From positions 160,001 to 224,000 of the forward strand of contig CAXXNO010000008.1 of NCBI GenBank assembly GCA_963663235.2: 64,000 nucleotides of DNA, written 5' to 3'. The position numbers and the translations under genes were made by a program. This document shows, in pieces, positions 9,493 through 19,858 of this stretch (positions are counted from its first letter, which is position 1; each line of letters opens with the position of its first letter). The notes beneath the pieces are model-generated. The model had not been told where the DNA came from. It did not search any database and saw only the letters and a program-made list of their open reading frames with translations. The DNA comes from Dehalococcoidia bacterium. GTDB taxonomy: Bacteria > Chloroflexota > Dehalococcoidia > Bin125.

Positions 9493-10713
9493 ATGACACG
9501 CAGGAAGCCTATATGGTTGGCAACCGGAATCCTCGTGGCGTTTGGACTTCTCGGCGTTGCGGCGGCGTGTGGGGACGACGAGGACGAAGCGGAACAAGCC
9601 GTCGCGCATGCAGTACCCGAGGCTGTGGACTCCAGAGCGCAGCTGGTCGCGCAGTTCCCGGCAGACGTTCAGCCCCTACTCGCGGATATTCCGGAACGCG
9701 TCATCGCGGCTCTCTGGGACGTGCGGCAGCAAGTACCGGGCACCGTGGTGTTCCGGATGTCGGCTGGTGAACTGGAAGATGCCCAAAACCGAGCGTACCG
9801 CGAGGAGTGGGGCAGAATTACGGGCTGGGAGGTTCTTCAGGCGGGCGATTTTCCGACTCTCGCCGACGTGAAGCTCCAGGCAGAGTCGGGCAACCCAGAG
9901 TGGGATATCGTCGAATTAGGTCTCGCGAATGCCGATTTGGCAGCGGACGAGGGTCTGCTTGAGAAGCTAGACCTCAGCCTTCTCCAGCACGCGACCGACC
10001 AGTACCCCGAAGGCTATACGTATACCGACAACTGGATCACCTATACCCAGTCCATGGTGGTCCTTGTGTTCAGGACCGATGTCTACCCGCTTGACGGCCC
10101 GCATCCTGAGATGGTCACGGACCTCTTCAACACCGCGGACTTTCCCGGTAAGCGGTGCATCTTTGGCTTTCCGCAGTACGCAGGCACGCTCGAATATGCG
10201 CTCGTTGCCGACGGGGTAGCAGTCGACGAACTGTACCCTCTGGATGTCGACCGCGCCCTGGCGAAGTTGGACACTGTCAAGGACGATGTCGTGTGGTGGG
10301 GGACCGGTGGCGAAGCGATCCAGTTCATCATCGACGGTCAGTGCGACATGGGGGTCGTCTGGCACGGGCGGCCGGCAATTCGGGTCCGAGACGAGCCAGA
10401 CCTTCCGATCGCCGCAGTGTGGGATGGCGCCATGCTGGCCCCCGGCGCCCTGATGATTCTCAAGGACGCGCCTCACTACGACGCTGCGATGTCACTCCTC
10501 GCTTACTCGCTCACTCCGCAGAACCAGTGCGACCTGCTGAATGACATTGGCTATGGTGTGCCGTTGGACGAGTCGTGCCTGAGCGATTTTGGGGTGGAGT
10601 GGAGCGTTACGGCAGAACACGTCGCGCAGAGCGCCAGTGACGAAGATGCTGCCTACTATGGAGCGAATATCGACCAGCTCATCGAGAAGTTTAATGCTTG
10701 GTTGACCGGCTAG
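9493..10713 (+). CDS. ABC substrate-binding lipoprotein, polyamine/PotD-like class
   Basis: Lipobox AAAC followed by GDDEDE; GNPEWDIV, FPGKR and LYPLDVDRALAKL motifs. Confidence 0.85.
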   Translation: MTRRKPIWLATGILVAFGLLGVAAACGDDEDEAEQAVAHAVPEAVDSRAQLVAQFPADVQPLLADIPERVIAALWDVRQQVPGTVVFRMSAGELEDAQNRAYREEWGRITGWEVLQAGDFPTLADVKLQAESGNPEWDIVELGLANADLAADEGLLEKLDLSLLQHATDQYPEGYTYTDNWITYTQSMVVLVFRTDVYPLDGPHPEMVTDLFNTADFPGKRCIFGFPQYAGTLEYALVADGVAVDELYPLDVDRALAKLDTVKDDVVWWGTGGEAIQFIIDGQCDMGVVWHGRPAIRVRDEPDLPIAAVWDGAMLAPGALMILKDAPHYDAAMSLLAYSLTPQNQCDLLNDIGYGVPLDESCLSDFGVEWSVTAEHVAQSASDEDAAYYGANIDQLIEKFNAWLTG

Positions 10714-10947
10714 TGAGAGTGGAAGGTCCGATTTTGCGTGGTCATCCCACTGCTGAGGGACGGATCTCTAGGTGAGAGTTGTATGACGGGGCAGGGAACA
10801 ACAGGAGCCTCCGTGTCGGTGTTAAGGCGGAAGTAGCGGGCCGAGAGACGTTGCTGGACGGAGTAGATGTGTGCCTCACACCTAATGGCGACCGCTACAT
10901 GATGGGGCAGTCGCGCTTCGCCTCGGCGAAGTGATTTCGAGCTTCAC

Positions 10948-11985
10948 ATGATGGGCGCCCCATTCGCTCTGAGTGTCATCAGCGACGGACGCCCAGCGCC
11001 CGGAGATCGGAACTACCAGCGACGCTTTGAGGAACTCCTGGAGGAAGCGCGCGTCGCCGATAGGCTCGGATTCCGCGGGTTTTGGACCTGCGAGCAGCAT
11101 TACGCGGCCGACGATGGGCATCTGGGTGCACAGTTCGCAGCCTTGGCCGGCTTGGCGACAAGCACGTCACGGCTGCGGCTCATGACGAATACTCTGCTGT
11201 TGCCGTTGTACCAGTGGAGGCAAGTCGTTGAGCAGGCTGTCGTGGTCGATCTCCTGTCCGGCGGCCGGCTGGAGATCGGGGTCGCGGGGGGTGGCAACGA
11301 GCGCGACTTCGATATGTTCGGTGTCGACTTCCACCGGCGCGGAGAGCTCATGGAACGGGGCATTCCGTTCATACGCCAAGGACTGGTGGCGGGCGAACTC
11401 GCCGACGGGCCGGGCGGTACCCTGTTGCCAATGACCCCCCGCCCAGTGCAAGAGCGTGTCCCAATCCTCGTCGGTGGCCTCTCTCCTCCTGCTGTAGACC
11501 GCGCGGTGCGGTTGGGCGATGGGCATCTCGCTTATGACTACGAACGGTTCGAGGAGAATCTGCCGAAGTTCTGGGACAGTCAACTGCGGCCGGCGATGGA
11601 CCGGCACGGTCGGTCCCTCGCAGATTTTCGATTCACGGCCACGGCGCCGTTCTGGGTGTCGGAAGATCCGGAGCGTGATTGGGAGATCCTCTACAAACCC
11701 GCCTACGCATTCCACATGGGCCAGTACCTGAAGCGCTACCGCTTCCGCACAGCGCAAGACGGCCAACAATATGTGCCGCCTGGTGTAGCCACCGACTTCC
11801 GGCGAGAAGATGTGCTCGTCGACACACCAGAGAACATCGCGCACCGCCTCCTGGCTACGTGGCGAAAAGCGCCTTGGCACGAGTTCAGCTTTTTCTGCCG
11901 ACTTCCCGGTATCCCACATGAACGAACGCTGGAGCATCTTGAATTTGTAGCCCATCGACTAGTTCCGCTGCTTACCGCTGGCTGA
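10948..11985 (+). CDS. LLM-class flavin-dependent oxidoreductase
   Basis: ADRLGF..FW.CEQH, D.LSGGRLEIGVAGG and PILVGG motifs. Confidence 0.88.
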   Translation: MMGAPFALSVISDGRPAPGDRNYQRRFEELLEEARVADRLGFRGFWTCEQHYAADDGHLGAQFAALAGLATSTSRLRLMTNTLLLPLYQWRQVVEQAVVVDLLSGGRLEIGVAGGGNERDFDMFGVDFHRRGELMERGIPFIRQGLVAGELADGPGGTLLPMTPRPVQERVPILVGGLSPPAVDRAVRLGDGHLAYDYERFEENLPKFWDSQLRPAMDRHGRSLADFRFTATAPFWVSEDPERDWEILYKPAYAFHMGQYLKRYRFRTAQDGQQYVPPGVATDFRREDVLVDTPENIAHRLLATWRKAPWHEFSFFCRLPGIPHERTLEHLEFVAHRLVPLLTAG

Positions 11986-12223
11986 CGTCGGCGAGACTGA
12001 GCGGGATTTCGGAGAGGCAAGGGGGTCCCTGTCGGCCGATCTTGCTGAGGGTGATCACCGGCGAACGCCTGATCTACAGGAGTCGGGATGGTGGGTTGGT
12101 GGTCCGGCCCTCATTCGACCGGAGGCGGTGTAGCGTGGACAGGACGCGTGCTGGGCAGGGAGGGCGCCGGCGCGGGCTCCACGAGATGCGCCGCGTCGAT
12201 CCCCCCACCTCGGTGACCGCTGC

Positions 12224-13351
12224 ATGAGTCGATCGGCAAGCGCAGAGGGCGCCGCCGAAGTGCGCCTCGAGGGGATTCAGCACCGCTTCGGCGAAGTCTG
12301 GGCCGTCCGCGGGATCTCCCTGACAGTTAAGCCTGGAGAGTTCCTCACCCTCCTCGGTCCGAGCGGATCGGGGAAGACCACGCTGCTCCGCATCATCGGT
12401 GGGCTCCTCCGGCCTTCTGAAGGCCGCGTGTACGTCGCCGGTCAGGACATCACGGCCCACCCGCCTCAAAAGCGCAACATGGGCTTCGTGTTCCAGAACT
12501 ATGCTCTCTTTCCCCACTTGTCGGTGTACGACAACGTGGCCTTTCCTCTGCAGATACGCAGAATGCGGCGCCAAAAAATACGCGATCGGGTGAACGAGGT
12601 CCTGACCCTGGTCCAGCTCACTGGTTTGGAGAACCGGTACCCGGCTCAGCTGAGTGGGGGTCAGCAGCAGCGCGTCTCGCTCGCTCGCGCGATCGTCTTC
12701 TATCCCAACGTCTTGCTCATGGACGAGCCGTTGGGATCCCTTGATAAGCGCTTGCGTCAGCAGTTGCAGTTGGAGCTTCGGCACCTCCAACACGATCTTG
12801 GCATCACGGCCATTTACGTCACACACGATCAAGAAGAAGCATTTGCCATGTCTGATCGGATTGCGGTCGTGCACGAGGGAGAACTTCGCCAGCTCGATCA
12901 GCCGTCGCAGGTCTACCGGAAGCCAGGTGACTCCTTCATCGCTGACTTTGTCGGCGACCTGAACCGCTTTGAGGGAGAGCTCGTCCAGAGCAACGGTCCG
13001 ACGGGTGTGTTGAGGACGTCGGACGGGATGGAGATCCTGATCAGCCTGCATGGCGTCGCGCAGGGAAGTCGACAGTTCGTCTGCGGCATCCGACCCGAGC
13101 GCGTGGAGGTCGGCGAAAACGCCGTGGGAGATAATCGCTACCGCGGAGTAGTCCGCGCTCTGACCTTTCAAGGTACCCACTACCGTTGTGAACTCGAGCT
13201 CCCGAACGGGAGGAGGGTATCCGCTTCAATCTACCGAGAAGATCCTGGAGTGCGGGAGGGGGAGGAAGTCTGGTTGGGATGGAACGCCGAGGAGGCACTG
13301 GTATTTGGCGGAGACTTCAACTCGAATGAGTCCGGCTTCAATGAGCGCTGA
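12224..13351 (+). CDS. ABC ATPase (PotA-like) with C-terminal TOBE domain
   Basis: GPSGSGKT, LSGGQQQR, LMDEP and YVTHD motifs. Confidence 0.93.
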   Translation: MSRSASAEGAAEVRLEGIQHRFGEVWAVRGISLTVKPGEFLTLLGPSGSGKTTLLRIIGGLLRPSEGRVYVAGQDITAHPPQKRNMGFVFQNYALFPHLSVYDNVAFPLQIRRMRRQKIRDRVNEVLTLVQLTGLENRYPAQLSGGQQQRVSLARAIVFYPNVLLMDEPLGSLDKRLRQQLQLELRHLQHDLGITAIYVTHDQEEAFAMSDRIAVVHEGELRQLDQPSQVYRKPGDSFIADFVGDLNRFEGELVQSNGPTGVLRTSDGMEILISLHGVAQGSRQFVCGIRPERVEVGENAVGDNRYRGVVRALTFQGTHYRCELELPNGRRVSASIYREDPGVREGEEVWLGWNAEEALVFGGDFNSNESGFNER

Positions 13352-13384
13352 AGGCTGTGAGCCGACGAGGAGCGCGGAACAGTA

Positions 13385-14269
13385 ATGCAGAGAGCGCTCA
13401 CGCTCCAGAAGACGATCGTGCAGCCTCGTACGCGCAACGCACTTCTGGCAGCGTGTCTCTTGGGTCCCACGCTTGTCTTGCTCGGCGTTCTGTTCGTCTA
13501 CCCTCTTGTCGACGGTGTGTTGATACGAAGTTTTTCTGATCCTGAGGTGGGGTTTCAGAACTATACGCGTCTCTACAGTTCTGTAGCATTCCGGAACATC
13601 CTGCGACTCACGTTCGAGATAGCGTTGTACACGACGCTGGTGTGCCTACTTCTTGCGTATCCATTCGCTTATTTTCTAACGACACTGCCGAAGCGGCGTG
13701 CACAATTCTTTTTGGCGCTCAGCCTCGTTCCATTCTGGACCGCGATCCTCGCCCGCCTTTATGCCTGGACAGCGATATTAGGGCGCCGCGGTATCATCAA
13801 CGATTGGTTGATAGAGGCCAACCTTATCGATGAGCCGATCGATCTTCTGTTCAACCGTACCGCGGTGATCATCGGCATGGTCCACATTCTGCTTCCATTC
13901 ATGATCATCATTCTCTATTCCACCATGATCGCGATCGACCGCGAGCTGCAAGATGCTGCAAGAAGCCTTGGAGCCAGCGGCTTTCAGACCTTTCGGCGTG
14001 TGTTCCTCCCACTCTCGATGCCTGGCGTCTACGCGGGTGTCCTCCTGGTCTTCATCATCTCGCTTGGATTTTTCATCACACCGGCTGTGCTGGGTGGCGG
14101 GGGCGACATCACTATCGCCATTTTCGTCCAACAGCAGGTGAGCATCTTGAATTGGGGCGTGGCTAGCGCCATGAGCATGGTGCTGCTCGTGGTTACAATC
14201 ATTCTCTTCTTCGTATTCAACCGATTGTTCGGCGCCGAGCGGATGGTAGCGGGAGCCTTGCGCGGATGA
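13385..14269 (+). CDS. ABC permease (PotB-like)
   Basis: Several TM segments; EAA-type loop DAARSLGAS. Confidence 0.9.
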   Translation: MQRALTLQKTIVQPRTRNALLAACLLGPTLVLLGVLFVYPLVDGVLIRSFSDPEVGFQNYTRLYSSVAFRNILRLTFEIALYTTLVCLLLAYPFAYFLTTLPKRRAQFFLALSLVPFWTAILARLYAWTAILGRRGIINDWLIEANLIDEPIDLLFNRTAVIIGMVHILLPFMIIILYSTMIAIDRELQDAARSLGASGFQTFRRVFLPLSMPGVYAGVLLVFIISLGFFITPAVLGGGGDITIAIFVQQQVSILNWGVASAMSMVLLVVTIILFFVFNRLFGAERMVAGALRG

Positions 14270-15093
14270 CCGTGGTGCGCAGAGTCAGCCCTATGAGAGT
14301 CGTTCTCTACATCGTCTTCGTGGGCGTGCTCATCTTCTTGTTCCTGCCGCTTATCGTGGTGATTCCCATTTCGTTCAACCCCGGAACAGTATTGCGGTTC
14401 CCTCCCGATGGCATCTCGCTGCGCTGGTACAACGACTTCTTTGGCGATCAGCGCTGGCTCGACGCTGCGTGGCTGAGCCTGCGCCTTGGCATCACCGTAG
14501 CCATTCTTGCAACCGTGTTAGCGCTCGGAGCCGCCGTCGCCCTGACGCGCTTCGTGACCGTGGGGAAGCCGCTGCTGCGGGCATTGATCCTGTCACCCCT
14601 CATCGTCCCCCTCATCGTCACGTCCATCGCCGTCTTCGAAGTCTTCAATGAACTCGGTCTCCTGCGATCTTTCTGGGGGCTCGTTCTTGCTCACACGATT
14701 TTGGCTCTGCCATTTGGCGTGATCATTATCGAGAGCGCATTGAGGAATTTCGACGTCACGCTGGAAGAGGCGGCTATGAGTCTCGGGGCGTCGCGCCTGG
14801 TCGCGTTCCGCAGGATCACCGTGCCGTTGATCGCGCCTGGTCTGTTCGGCGCAGCGGTCATCGCCTTCATTACTTCATGGGACGAAGTGGTTATGGTTCT
14901 GTTCGTCGGCGGTGCCAGGAACCAGACTCTCCCGGTCAGAATGTTTCAGTTCCTCGAGACGCAGATTCGTCCGACGATTGCGGCGATTTCGACGCTCTTG
15001 ATTGTCGCGTTGCTGATAGCCCTTGTTCTCCGTCAACTCTTAATCCTTCGCCAGCGGCGCCGGATGGGTTCTGTCAGATCTCAGGGCTCGTAA
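14266..15093 (+). CDS. ABC permease (PotC-like); last 8 codons supplied by an IS6 end
   Basis: EEAAMSLGAS, FITSWDEV and TLPV motifs. Confidence 0.9.
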   Translation: MTVVRRVSPMRVVLYIVFVGVLIFLFLPLIVVIPISFNPGTVLRFPPDGISLRWYNDFFGDQRWLDAAWLSLRLGITVAILATVLALGAAVALTRFVTVGKPLLRALILSPLIVPLIVTSIAVFEVFNELGLLRSFWGLVLAHTILALPFGVIIIESALRNFDVTLEEAAMSLGASRLVAFRRITVPLIAPGLFGAAVIAFITSWDEVVMVLFVGGARNQTLPVRMFQFLETQIRPTIAAISTLLIVALLIALVLRQLLILRQRRRMGSVRSQGS

Positions 15094-15110
15094 CTGTAGC
15101 GGAGCCTCGC
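15067..15110 (+). mobile_element. Solo IS6-family terminal inverted repeat
   Basis: GGTTCTGTCAGATCTCAGGGCTCGT is identical over 25 bp to the reverse complement of 62605-62629. Confidence 0.85.
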
Positions 15111-15119
15111 CCCCGACTC

Positions 15120-16361
15120 TGACCTGCCCCCCCAAAACTGATCCACGCGGAGTGAGAGGATTCCGGGGATCGGGAAGGGAGCCGGCATGGCACGCAAGCG
15201 GTACGCGGCCGAGGAGATCATCGGCAATCTGCGGGAAGCGGAAGTGGCCTTGGCCCAGGGCCAGACGATCGGAGCGGTGGCGCGGACGCTTGGGATCAGC
15301 GAGCCGACCTCTTACCGCTGGCGCCGGGAGTACGGCGGGTTGCGGGTCGATCAGGCGAAGCGGCTGAAGGAGCTCGAACGGGAGAACAGCCGCCTGAAGC
15401 GGCTGGTGGCGGACCAGGCGTTGGACAATGCGATGTTGCGAGACGTCGCAGCGGGAAACTTCTGAGCCCGGCCAAGCGGCGCCGGGCGACCACCCATCTC
15501 ACCGACCAGTACGCCGTGTCCGAGCGGCGGGCCTGCCAGGTCACTGGCCAGGCGCGGGCGACGCAGCGCTCTGTGCCCCGGCCGTCCACGGATGAGCCGG
15601 CGCTGATCGCGCGAATCGTCGCCCTGGCCACGCGCTTCGGCCGCTACGGCTACCGCCGCATCACGGCCCTGCTGCGTCAGGAAGGCTGGCGCGTGAACCA
15701 CAAGCGGGTCGAACGGCTCTGGCGCCAGGAAGGCCTGCGGGCCCCCGTGAAACAGCCCAAGCGGGGCCGCCTCTGGCTCGGGGACGGCTCGCTGGTGCGG
15801 CGGCGGGCCGAACGGCCCCACCACGTCTGGTCCTACGACTTCGTCTTCGACCGCACCGCCGAGGGGCGCCCGGTGCGGATCCTCGCCATCGTGGACGAGG
15901 ACCACGCGCGAGTGCCTGAGTCTCGACGTGGCCCGCCGGCTGTGCAGCGACGACGTCCTGGCGCGGCTGGCCCAGCTCTTCGTCGAGCGCGGGCCGCCGA
16001 CGTTTCTGCGGTCCGACAACGGCCCGGAGTTCACCGCCACCGCGGTGCGGGACTGGCTGCACCGGGTCGGGGTCACGACCCTCTTCATCGAACCGGGCAG
16101 TCCCTGGGAGAACGGCTATGTGGAGTCCTTCAACGGCAAGCTGCGCGACGAGTGCCTCAACCGCGAACGCTTCGACACGCTGCTCGAAGCCCAGGTCCTC
16201 ATAGAGGGCTGGCGGCGGGAATATAACCAGATCCGGCCCCACAGTGCGCTGGGATATCGCCCCCCGGCCCCCGAGACCCAGCAACCCCGGGAAGGTCCCC
16301 TGCCAATCCTCCCGGCGATCGGACTAACTTAACGACTGGTACAACGATCGGGGGCAGGTCA
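15120..16361 (+). mobile_element. IS3-family element, copy 1 (orfA 15187-15465; orfB ~15462-16332 with extra frameshift at ~15900)
   Basis: IR TGACCTGCCCCC/GGGGGCAGGTCA; 5 bp duplication GACTC (15115-19, 16362-66); slippery GGGAAAC at the orfA end; WSYDF, SDNGPEF and ENGYVESFNG motifs. Confidence 0.93.
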
Positions 16362-16392
16362 GACTCACGACCCACGGGCAGAGGAGTGCTCT

Positions 16393-16470
16393 ATGACCGA
16401 GGACCAGTCGCTCAACCTGCAACTCTACCGCTCCATGCGCAGCATCCGTAGCTTTGAGGAGAAAGTGTAG
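16393..16470 (+). pseudogene. N-terminal remnant of a TPP-dependent dehydrogenase E1 alpha subunit
   Basis: RBS GAGGAG, then MTEDQSLNLQLYRSMRSIRSFEEKV*, resembling the LY..M..IR.FEE motif. Confidence 0.6.
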
Positions 16471-16472
16471 CC

Positions 16473-16892
16473 ATGCCGGATTCTACTGTTCAAGCTCAGA
16501 CCGGGATCGAGACCGTAAAGCGCTGGCACAAGGCTATGGCCCGCGCTGATGCAGACGCGATCAAGGCCGCCGTCACCGACGACTTCAGCTGGCACATGGT
16601 TGGGTTGAAGGAGTTTCCGATCGGCCAGCCGCGCGAAGGCGGCCAGGGCATGGTCGACTATCTCACCGACTTGCTCGATGTGTTGGAGGTCCAGAGTGTC
16701 AACCGGCACACCTACCTAGAGGAGGGTGACACTGTCGTCAGCGTCGGCTCATCCCGACTAACCGCGAAGGCGAGCGGTAGGGCCATCGAGACGGATTACG
16801 CTCAGGTATTCACCGTTCGTGAAGGCAAAGTGGCCCGCGCTCGGGAATACGTCGACGTCGATGCCTTCCGCGACGCGCTGCGAGATGCGTAG
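16473..16892 (+). CDS. SnoaL/NTF2-like protein
   Basis: 139 aa; EGDTVV...SGR...VFTVREGKVARAREYVD. Confidence 0.8.
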   Translation: MPDSTVQAQTGIETVKRWHKAMARADADAIKAAVTDDFSWHMVGLKEFPIGQPREGGQGMVDYLTDLLDVLEVQSVNRHTYLEEGDTVVSVGSSRLTAKASGRAIETDYAQVFTVREGKVARAREYVDVDAFRDALRDA

Positions 16893-16921
16893 GCCCATCA
16901 GGTGCTATGTCCGCTGCCTGC

Positions 16922-18035
16922 TGTACTGGCCCAAAACTCTGTCCGTCTTGCCCGAGGGCCCTGTGAGGCTGAGCCTCCCGACCGAGGAGATCGGTCATGT
17001 GGCTCTACTTTCGCCTGTTCCTCCTGGGGCTCCGGCTGCTCCGCCGCGATCGCCGGGATCTCGTGCTGGAGAACCTCGCCCTGCGGCAGCAACTGGCGGT
17101 TTTCGAGCGCCGCGGCCGCCGGCCGACGCTCGGACCGGCGCTTCTGGTCGCGCCTCGCCCGGGGCTGGCACCCATGGCGGCGGCATCTCGTCCTGGTCCA
17201 GCCGGACACCGTGGTGCGCTGGCATCGGACCGTGTGGCGGATCCACTGGCGTCGGACGAGTCGGGTGCGCCGACTGGGCCGCCCGCGCGTCGACCCGGCG
17301 GTGATCGCCTTGATCCGGCGGCTGCGACACGAGAACCCGACCTGGGGAACGCGACGGATCCAGGGCGAACTCCATCAGCTGGGGCTCTCCGTGAGCCGCA
17401 CCACGATCCAGCGCTACGGCTCTCGACCCGCGCCCTCGCCGAGCTGGCGCACCTTCCTCCGGCTCCACGCGGCCGAGATCTGGGCCTGCGACTTCTTCAC
17501 CGTGCAGACGCTGACGTTCCGCACGCTCCACGTCTTCTTCGTGATCACGCATGCCCGCCGCGCCCTCGTGTATTGGAACGTCACGCGGCACCCCACGGCC
17601 GCTTGGGTTTGGCAGCAGATCCGCGAAGCCACCCCGTGGGGTCAGCACCCGCACTATCTAATCCGCGATCGCGATGCCAAGTTCGGTGGCGATTTCGTCC
17701 CGCGTGCCCGGGGCATCGGGATCGAAACGATCCGCACCCCGTTCCGCGCGCCCCAGGCGAATGCCATCGCCGAGCGCGTCGTCGGCACGCTGCGCCGCGA
17801 GTGCCTCGACCACGTGATCGTGCTCAACGAGCGGCATCTCCGTCGGCTCTTACGCGAGTACGTGGCCTTCTACAACGCGGCGCGTCCGCACCAAGCTCTC
17901 GACCAAGCGCCCCCTGCCGGCGACCGGGGAAGCGGCGGGCCTGGGACGCGAGTCGTGGGCGAGCCTATCCTCGGCGGCTTGCATCACGTCTACCGATGGG
18001 CCGCCTGACGCCGGACAGGGTTTTGGGCCGCCACA
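16922..18035 (+). mobile_element. TGT...ACA rve IS, copy b (transposase 16997-18008, frameshifted near 17130)
   Basis: IRs TGTACTGGCCCAAAACTCTGTCCG / TGTGGCGGCCCAAAACCCTGTCCG (reverse complement); WACDFF, IRDRD and AERVVG motifs. Confidence 0.9.
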
Positions 18036-18644
18036 CAGAGTCGGGACCGTCAGGAAGTCGGCGGCCCAGATCGCGTCGCGGTGATTGGCGAGGAAGGTCC
18101 GCCACCGCTGGGAGGGCGGGCGCCGACGGGCCTGGCGCCGGTAGCGGCGAACGGTCTCGGCACTGACCTCATGGCCCAACACCCGCAGCTCGCCTCGGAT
18201 GCGGACCGCGCCCCAACGCGGGTTCTCCCGCGCCAGGCGGAGGATGAGGGCGCGGGCCTCTTCGGGGATCCGCCGTCGACCGGGTCGTCTCGCGCGACTC
18301 TTGCGGGCCCAATACCGGCGCCAGCCCGACCGCTGCCACCGCACCACCGTGTCGGGGTGCAAGACCAGCAGGGACCCACGCCAGCCGGACCAGCGTCCCA
18401 AGACGTGCGCCCAGAGCACGCGATCGGCGTTCGTCACGCGGGGGTGGCGCTCGCACATCACCAATTGGTGGCGCAGCGCGAGATTCTCGAGGAGCAGGTC
18501 ACGGCGTGAGCGCCCGAAGCGCCCGACGAACCCGAGGAACAAGCTGAGCGCAGTCCGCATTCGAGCCTCCCATCCGTCACGGGAGGTTCCCGGCGAGGCT
18601 GCCGTGGTGCAAGTTCGAAGCGATCCGCATTCTGTGGTCCCACA
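18036..18644 (-). mobile_element. Truncated rve IS (5' half, ORF start 18560)
   Basis: End TGTGGGACCACAGAA; RRDLLLENLALRHQL...WAADFLTV, cut by the right end of copy b. Confidence 0.85.
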
Positions 18645-18752
18645 GGACCTTCATCAAGCGCGGCGGCTAAGCCGCCCGCAGGCGCGGAATAGGCAGAAGA
18701 GCCAGCACCTCCTGGGCGTCCGGGTAGTGAGGTCAGCGTCTAAGCTCTAGGT

Positions 18753-18944
18753 ATGGGCGACGACGACCACTGGGCACTCCCGCGTGAGGGAGATCTCGAT
18801 CCCGACCTAGCCGAGGAAGCCAGCGACTTCGACTGGGAGGCGCCGCGACGAGGCGTGTGGCCGATAGTCCTGCGGATTGTGACGGTTCTGCTCGTAGCGG
18901 CGCTGGCGGTCGTACCGGTCGTGCTTCTGCTGCAGGCATCCTGA
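18753..18944 (+). CDS. Small predicted single-pass membrane protein
   Basis: 63 aa; acidic N-terminus and a hydrophobic C-terminal helix. Confidence 0.5.
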   Translation: MGDDDHWALPREGDLDPDLAEEASDFDWEAPRRGVWPIVLRIVTVLLVAALAVVPVVLLLQAS

Positions 18945-19090
18945 AGACGCGCGGACCAGCAACAGGCTCGCCGAGCCCTTTCTTCCATCTCACCGCTCCG
19001 CGTGGGTGCCCTGCAGCACTCGTCCAGGCCGAATCACCCGTGCTCGAGGTCTGACCGCCTCCCCGAACACGTCCCCACCCCCGCCACAGC

Positions 19091-19812
19091 TGTGGTGTCT
19101 CACAACGTGCGGGTGTGGGGCGCCAAGACTGCATCTGTTCTGATCTTGAGTGCTGCCAAGGCGCACTCCTACACTCAGTCACGCCGAGAACAGAACGGGT
19201 GGATTATTCGTGCCCCAGAGGATGGGGTTTTGGGCCGGCACAGGTCGCGATCCGGCTGCGGAAGGCACCCAGGCTCTCGCCGCTGGTCGGCCGCCAGTCC
19301 CAGCGGCGTCCGTCGTCGACGATGGCCGGAAGTTCCGGCGCGATGTACATGCCCAGCGGGATGGGCCCGGGGCCAAAGGGGCCGAGCCGCGTGCCGCCGA
19401 CCACCGTGCCGGTGCGATCGAGCGCGTAGTGCAGCAGGTGGTACTCCATCTCGCAAACGGCGGGGACCCGGTCCAGGTTCCAACGCGCCGCGAAGTGCCG
19501 CACGCGCTTCTGCGCTGTATCGCGCGCCTGCGGTAGGGCGTCGATCGCGACGAGAATGGCCTGTGAGGCACGAAAACTCGATCGACCATCACGCGACGCG
19601 ACGGTAGACGTAATGGAGGCCGCCAAGCACGGGTTGCGCGAGGACTCGGCCATCCCTCGCAGCTGGGGTGGGACGCGGACCGCCTGGCGGCTCCAGGTTC
19701 AGTCCCTTGAGCGCTGTATCGGCCCAAAACCCTATCTGGGTCAAGCCTGTGGGGCACGAAAACTCCGGACGGCCGGGGCTCCTGGATGAGGATAAGGTTT
19801 TGGCACCCTACA
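19091..19812. repeat. Cluster of stacked rve-IS termini and MITE-like mini-elements
   Basis: TGT-type ends at 19091, 19114, 19562, 19715 and 19748; ACA-type ends at 19242 and 19812; transposase C-terminus PVLGGLHYVYRRVA* on the minus strand at ~19589-19714. Confidence 0.75.
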
Positions 19813-19858
19813 GCCAGGCTCTTGCGCCTTAGTGCACCGATTGGGAAGCAGCGAGGTG

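Larger units (their letters stand above)
8146..15247 (+). repeat. 7.1 kb direct repeat, copy 1
   Basis: Near-identical to 41001-48127 (offset 32855). Confidence 0.97.

Noticed and set aside
12074-13180. Long antisense ORFs (also 456-1391, 1553-2578, 7222-8556, 56951-58513)
   Set aside because: Shadow ORFs opposite well-supported genes, expected at high GC.
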